A DNA stretch of 64,000 bases from Longimicrobiales bacterium (lineage in GTDB: Bacteria; Gemmatimonadota; Gemmatimonadetes; Longimicrobiales; Gaopeijiaceae): the NCBI GenBank assembly GCA_965219445.1, contig CBDCNQ010000005.1, positions 864,001-928,000 on the forward strand, read 5' to 3'. Positions 59,002 to 64,000 of the stretch are shown here, one piece after another. A program made the position numbers and the translations under genes. Each line of letters begins with the position of its first letter. The first letter of the stretch is position 1. The notes under the pieces were generated by a model. That model saw only the letters and a list, made by a program, of their open reading frames with translations, did not search any database and was not told where the DNA came from.

Positions 59002-59133
59002 GGCGTTGTCAACTTGTGCTCGTGCCAGCGAGACTCCGGAATCATAACGCATACGAATGGCTACCGCGGCTACTGTTTTCCTCCGGAGATCATCAGTCAC
59101 GGCGTCTGGCTGTACCACAGGTTCTGCCTGTCT
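59002..59133 (+). mobile_element. IS6-family left-end remnant
   Basis: IR GGCGTTGTCAACTT (59002-59015) followed by YRGYCFPPEIISHGVWLYHRFCLS. Confidence 0.85.
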
Positions 59134-59134
59134 T

Positions 59135-59271
59135 GGTACCCTGACTGAGACCCCAAACTCCCCGAAACTGGTCGAATCTAGCGAGCACTCGGGGGAACAA
59201 CCGACCCTCTAACGCCCTAACTCGCCACGAGTTAAACGACCTCACAGGCACTATGCGTATATGCTGCTATC
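59135..59271 (+). repeat. Lys-type left arm copy lacking the tRNA core
   Basis: Colinear with 50096-50232: GACCCCAAACTCCC.GAAACTGGTCGAATCT...AACAACCGACCC..TAAC.CCCTAACTCGCCA...GCGTATATG.TGCTATC. Confidence 0.88.
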
Positions 59272-59495
59272 CTGGGGACACCGCCCATCGGACAGCTCGG
59301 TCAGAGTATCGTGACCGGCGAAGGGCCCGCAAGCCGCGCGGATTTGGCTCCATCCCGGCCTACTTGGCTGTTGAGATCCTGAATCTGACTGACGGTGGCG
59401 GAGAAACGAACCCCGAAATACGTTGAGAACGGTCGAGGTCGACCCCCGAGGTGAGGTGCAGGCTCCCGCACTGATTCTCTCGAAGGAGGTTCGCA

Positions 59496-60056
59496 ATGTT
59501 CGCTCTGTCCGGTCGTACTTTACTCTACTTGCTGCTGTGCATCTTAGTGATGCCATTTTCCCTCGTTTTTGCCCGGTTGGCTGACGCACGAGCAAATGAG
59601 CTGGCCGCCGGTGGAGCGCAGCAGGATCTTCCTTGCCCTGGGGGCCCGTTGCAGAACTTTGTCACGGGGACGAGCGAATCGGGGGTTCCCTCGCCGGAAG
59701 CAGTAGCCAATGGTGAGCCCCTCACTGGCCGTTATTGGGGTCCGGGCTCCCGCTCCTTCTGGCACTGCCACGGTGGAGGCCAATACATCATCGTGATGCA
59801 AGGAGTGGGGCGCTTTCAGCAGCGCGGACAAAGAATGCGGGAGCTCCATGTCGGTGGCATCGAATTCGCGCTTCCAGGGGTGGAGCACTGGCATGGTGCC
59901 TCGCCTACGGAAGGGGCTCGACACATCAACCAGGGCCTGCGGATCGACGGGGGAAGCGGCACCTTCTGGATGGAGGAGGTCAGCTCGGCCGATTATTTGG
60001 GAAATGGAATCGGGATTATGTCCAGAATGAGATACCTGGAAACTGGAGAACGCTAA
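59496..60056 (+). CDS. Secreted cupin-domain protein
   Basis: PGSRSFWHCHGGGQYIIV..G.G, PGVEHWHGA; AAGGAGG RBS. Confidence 0.85.
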   Translation: MFALSGRTLLYLLLCILVMPFSLVFARLADARANELAAGGAQQDLPCPGGPLQNFVTGTSESGVPSPEAVANGEPLTGRYWGPGSRSFWHCHGGGQYIIVMQGVGRFQQRGQRMRELHVGGIEFALPGVEHWHGASPTEGARHINQGLRIDGGSGTFWMEEVSSADYLGNGIGIMSRMRYLETGER

Positions 60057-60096
60057 AATAGAGGTGAGTCAGCTCCGGGTCTCGGAGCCCGGCCGG

Positions 60097-60172
60097 GGGA
60101 CCCAACCGGGACCCCAAACTCCCCGAAACTGGCAGAATCTCAGCAACACTGGAGAGCACCGCCGACCCCTAC
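60097..60172 (+). repeat. Partial Lys-type left arm
   Basis: GGGACCCAACC-GGGACCCCAAACTCCCCGAAACTGGCAGAATCT. Confidence 0.75.
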
Positions 60173-60668
60173 GTCCTCAAGGAGAGGAATTCAGAGGCGG
60201 TGGCCTTTATGAACGAGCCCCGCTACGAGCTCGGCGAGCACCAAGGAGCTGAGTTTTGTGGGACTTGTCATACCCAGACGTACGCTGAATGGCAGACCAA
60301 TTCTCGACACGCCCAACTCACCGTCTCGACCGATTCCATCGCCGATCTCGACTCCGTCTAGGCGGCACCCGGAGGCAAAGTGGTCCCGCGGATGTCCAAC
60401 CGACACCGCGAAGCCGCACGAGCCCTGGTGGAAGCGGTCAGGTCCCGCCGGCCAAGCGACCGGCCGGTGGAAGTCGACCGAACGTTGCGGCTCTTTGTGA
60501 GAGCGTACCGGCCGGCCAACAGCGCTTGGACCGGGTTCCTCTTCGTTGCATTGGGGTGTGGAACGTCCGACCCAGCCGCGCTTCTACCTCTGGACGTCGC
60601 CGCGGCCGAGGCCTGCGAACGAGTAGGGCGTAGTGCTTCGATGCGGTCGCGAATATGATACTGGCGCG

Positions 60669-62345
60669 TCAGGCTCGTCGAGTTCTCACTTCCTCCATCG
60701 CCCGCCGCTCGTCTCCGTACGGGTCGTTCACCGCGCGGCAGTCATTGTCGAAGACCATCGTGGCCCGCTCCGATTCGGTGAAGGCCGGCCAGTGCGGCAA
60801 GCTCTCGTGGTTGGGGTCGCCCGTGCGAGCAAACGAGACCCACGCCTCACTCATCTGCTGCGCAAGCGCGTACCGATCGCGACCTGTGCCGGTCATGGAC
60901 TGCACGTCGTCCACATGGTCGAAGACGAACGGGAGTTCCATGCAGTGCATGGACCGGAGCTTGCCCCCCAGAACCGGTGACCGCCACCGGAAGTAATACA
61001 TGTAGACCGACGAGGTTCCCTGCGCGGCCTTGCGCTCGGCAATCGTGTACGACGACAGTCGCAACGGCGAGTTGTCGGCGGCCATCACGAGTGCGAGGTC
61101 GCCGAACGAGTCGCCGGGCCTGTTCTGCCGGTACAAGGCAATCAGCCGATCGGCCTCGCCGTCGTCGATCCGCAGCCGCCCTCTGAGGTACTCGCGCAAG
61201 CCGGCGTGGTCCTCCGGCTCGCTGGTCCAGAACGGAGCATCAGGATTGCCGTACGGCACGCCCTCTGTTTCGTTCGAGCCGCAGATGACAGGCACCATAG
61301 CCGCGAGCGGCGAGGCGCCGGGCTCGAAGGGGTGCATGGTCAGTACACGACCGTCCACGACGGGTGTGAACCGCCGCGAAAGATCCCCCGCCGGCGGAGC
61401 CTGGCCGCCACCGAGCTGCCCGCCCGCGCGTCCTGTGCCGCCGCTGAGCGCCGAAATGATCTGTTCGGCCGACAATCGCTGCAGCTCGTCGAGCTCGGTG
61501 GCCTTCAGCCCAAGTCGCGACAGCATTAGCTCTGCCGCCTCGACGGCTCTGTCCGGCTCGAGTGCCGTGACCGCCGTATCGGCGAGCGTGCTCATGATGA
61601 TGGCGCGATGGAAGAGGCCCGTGGCCGACGGCATGCCATGGAGGATGCTCGTCTTGCCGCCACCGCCGGACTGACCGAAGATGGTCACGTTGCCGGGGTT
61701 GCCGCCGAACCTGGCGATGTTGTCGCGGACCCAGTTGAGGGCCAGCACGATGTCCTGCATCCCCAAGTTGGCGGAGTTACGAACCCGGTTGTCCCCGAGC
61801 TCCGTGAGATGAAGGAAGCCGAATGCGTTGAGACGATGCGTGACGGTGACGACCACGACATCGTGCGTCCTGGCCAGCGCCTCGCCGTTGTAGAACACAG
61901 AGTTGCCCGACCCGGTCCGGAAGCCCCCTCCATGAAACCACACCATCACCGGACGGTTGCCGGCACCAGTCGCGGGCGTCCAGACGTTCAGGCGGAGACA
62001 GTCCTCGCTCATGGGGCCCGTGCCTGTCAGGGCGTCGCCGATTTCGGGGATCATCGGTCTGAACGGCTGGTACGCCCGCGGACCGTAGTCGAGGGCGTCC
62101 TGGACGCCCGTCCACGTTTCGGGCCGCTCCGGAGGCATGAAGCGTCTCGTGCCAACCGGTGCGGCCCCGTATCGCACGCCCTGGAAGATGTGTACGGCGT
62201 CCCGGACCCGCCCTCGAATCCGGCCGGCGCTCGTTTCAACGGTGGAGGACGAGCCGGACGACTGCGGGGCACCCAGTGACGGTTTCCACAGGAGGGAGCC
62301 GGCGAGCACGCCTCCTCCCATGGCGAAGAACGATCGGCGTTTCAT
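60669..62345 (-). CDS. Type B carboxylesterase (para-nitrobenzyl esterase-like) with Tat signal
   Basis: KRRSFF, SEDCLRLNVWTP, WFHGGGF, FGGNPGNVTIFGQSGGG, H.MELPFVF. Confidence 0.92.
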   Translation of the reverse strand: MKRRSFFAMGGGVLAGSLLWKPSLGAPQSSGSSSTVETSAGRIRGRVRDAVHIFQGVRYGAAPVGTRRFMPPERPETWTGVQDALDYGPRAYQPFRPMIPEIGDALTGTGPMSEDCLRLNVWTPATGAGNRPVMVWFHGGGFRTGSGNSVFYNGEALARTHDVVVVTVTHRLNAFGFLHLTELGDNRVRNSANLGMQDIVLALNWVRDNIARFGGNPGNVTIFGQSGGGGKTSILHGMPSATGLFHRAIIMSTLADTAVTALEPDRAVEAAELMLSRLGLKATELDELQRLSAEQIISALSGGTGRAGGQLGGGQAPPAGDLSRRFTPVVDGRVLTMHPFEPGASPLAAMVPVICGSNETEGVPYGNPDAPFWTSEPEDHAGLREYLRGRLRIDDGEADRLIALYRQNRPGDSFGDLALVMAADNSPLRLSSYTIAERKAAQGTSSVYMYYFRWRSPVLGGKLRSMHCMELPFVFDHVDDVQSMTGTGRDRYALAQQMSEAWVSFARTGDPNHESLPHWPAFTESERATMVFDNDCRAVNDPYGDERRAMEEVRTRRA

Positions 62346-62933
62346 CGTGGCCTACCTGTTCCAATACAACGGATTTCCGGTCGGTGTCCTGACTCACCGG
62401 CCCTGCCCGTCGTGTCCCACACGTGCGCCGGCCGACACCGGTCGACTGAGTAATGGGACATTACGGCATCCCCCGTCGCGATACAACTTCGAGTACTCGC
62501 CCATCAAACCGCAGCAATACCCGATTCTTCCAGTCGTGCTTCCGGATCATAAGCACGAGCGTCAATGTCGTCTTGTTGAGCCGACCCGTCCTGATGATGA
62601 CCGCTGTCTTAGCCCCGGGAGGCCTGCCAAGTGAGCATGTCGTCGGTGACCTTGCGTTCGAGCAGACCGTCAGAAGGATCGGGATCGCGCAGAGCATTTC
62701 CTCGCCACGCGTCGCTAGCGGGCCGAGCGCCAGCGACCAACTTGATAGGTCCAGGGGGGCTCCCCACTGTGGCCGCCAGCTTCGGATGATTGTCGGCCAG
62801 GGGAGGTTGCTCCTCGGGGTCCATTCTCGAAAAGAAGTTTGCGATGCAAGCCGACAGACCTGTCGAGGCAGAGAGGAGTCGTTCCGTTCCGCGCCGCTGG
62901 CAGACGGCGCCCTCTCCCGTCGTCTCCGCTACC

Positions 62934-64000
62934 TCATTGTCGCGCGACGTACTTGGTAAACGCCCCGCCGGCCCACCGCAGCGAGTTCGGGCCCTCCGCG
63001 GCGTAGACGTTTCCGTCCCCGTCGACCGCCACCCCTTCACCCGCCGCACCCTGGTATGGTCGGTCATCGGCCGGGTGCGCTGGAATGAACTCGTTGACCC
63101 AATCCTCGTGGACGGTGCCGATGCGTACCCCGTTCGCCCAGTTCACATGACGGGTCGGGCTCGACGTTGAGTCGATCCCGTACAGTTTTTGGTCCTCCGT
63201 TATGTAAAGGCCGCTAATGCGTCCGAAGGTGTAGAAGGAGTCGAGGTAGTTGCCCTCCTGGTCGAAGATCTCGATGCGGTGGTTACCGCGGTCGGCGACG
63301 AAGAGACGACCCTGGGCGTCGAACGCCAACGCGTGCGGCTGGCGGAACTCCCCGTGCAGCGTGCCGATCTGTCCCCACTCTTTGATGAACGTGCCGTCGG
63401 CCGTGTACTTGAGGATGCGGCCCGTCGAGCCCTCCGGGGGGGTCCCATCGTTCCCTCCGTTGTGCCCATCCGCGACGAAGATGCTCCCGTCGGGCGCGGT
63501 GATCACGTCACTCGGCTGGTTCAGTTGGTTCGGTCCGCTTCCCGGCCGGCCTGCCGTGCCGAGCGTCATTAGCACCTCACCTGTGGGGCTGAACTTGAAG
63601 ACCTGGTGGCCCTTGGTCCCGGCCTGGTTCCCCGCGAAGTCGGTCACCCACACATTGCCGTCGCTATCTGCGTGGATCCCGTGCGGGGTCACGAAGAGTC
63701 CCGCGCCGAAGTTCGCGAGTACCTCGCCTGTGTTCCGGTCGAACTTGAAGATCGGGTCGACGAGGTTCGTGTCGCAACCACTGGATCCGAAGCTGCCGGC
63801 GCCGCAACGCTCGTACGCCCAGACGTGCCCATCGGTCCGGTCGATGTCGATGCCGGCGGTCGATCCCCACTCCCTGCCCGAGGGTAGCTCGCCCCAGTTC
63901 GAGATCACGCTCGGGGCCGGGTTCGGCAGACCTTCGCCGGTGATCGGATTGCCCATGGACATGGCCGAGGCGGGTGGGGCCCCCAAGTCCGTCGTGCATC
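62934..64000 (-). CDS. NHL-repeat PAL-like protein, start outside the window; close paralog of 21562-22713
   Basis: NPITGEGLPNP, LPSGREWGSTAGIDID, GHQVFKFSP, GEGVAVD.DGNVY.AEGP.SL..AG.AFTKY. Confidence 0.85.
   Translation of the reverse strand, partial: CTTDLGAPPASAMSMGNPITGEGLPNPAPSVISNWGELPSGREWGSTAGIDIDRTDGHVWAYERCGAGSFGSSGCDTNLVDPIFKFDRNTGEVLANFGAGLFVTPHGIHADSDGNVWVTDFAGNQAGTKGHQVFKFSPTGEVLMTLGTAGRPGSGPNQLNQPSDVITAPDGSIFVADGHNGGNDGTPPEGSTGRILKYTADGTFIKEWGQIGTLHGEFRQPHALAFDAQGRLFVADRGNHRIEIFDQEGNYLDSFYTFGRISGLYITEDQKLYGIDSTSSPTRHVNWANGVRIGTVHEDWVNEFIPAHPADDRPYQGAAGEGVAVDGDGNVYAAEGPNSLRWAGGAFTKYVARQ

Noticed and set aside
25700..60200. Canonical integron with attC sites and IntI
   Set aside because: No convincing RYYYAAC...GTTRRRY attC hairpins or IntI gene were seen; the repeats are tRNA-core att-like sites.
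60200..60660. Short ORFs between the cupin and esterase genes
   Set aside because: No recognisable family, RBS or consistent frame.

Overview
GC-rich bacterial window; gene content and protein styles suggest Gemmatimonadota (inference). The left part (1-22.8 kb) looks like core chromosome. It holds a partial class III cyclase, a large NHL/TPR protein, a cupredoxin, and a sulfate-assimilation/siroheme operon (cysH, sulfite reductase, hypothetical, CbiX/SirB, CobA-HemD). That operon is preceded by two tandem cysteine-rich leader-peptide attenuators missed by the ORF track. Next come a MATE transporter, a choice-of-anchor B-type protein, a UGA-recoded (UxxC) peroxiredoxin-like selenoprotein with a SECIS-like hairpin, a cobalamin-riboswitch-controlled BtuB-like receptor plus beta-propeller lipoprotein, and NHL/PAL-like paralogs. 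The right part (23-64 kb) is an accessory mosaic. Small cargo blocks are punctuated by two families of att-like sites built from tRNA-Ile(GAT) and tRNA-Lys(TTT) 3' halves and integrase-arm-like direct repeats, with only integrase remnants present. It also carries a class IIC group II intron inserted into one att arm, an apparently circularly permuted IS3-family element, IS6 ends flanking one gene, an AT-rich JmjC gene with an HxA metal motif, and many gene scraps. No CRISPR array, rRNA or intact tRNA was seen.
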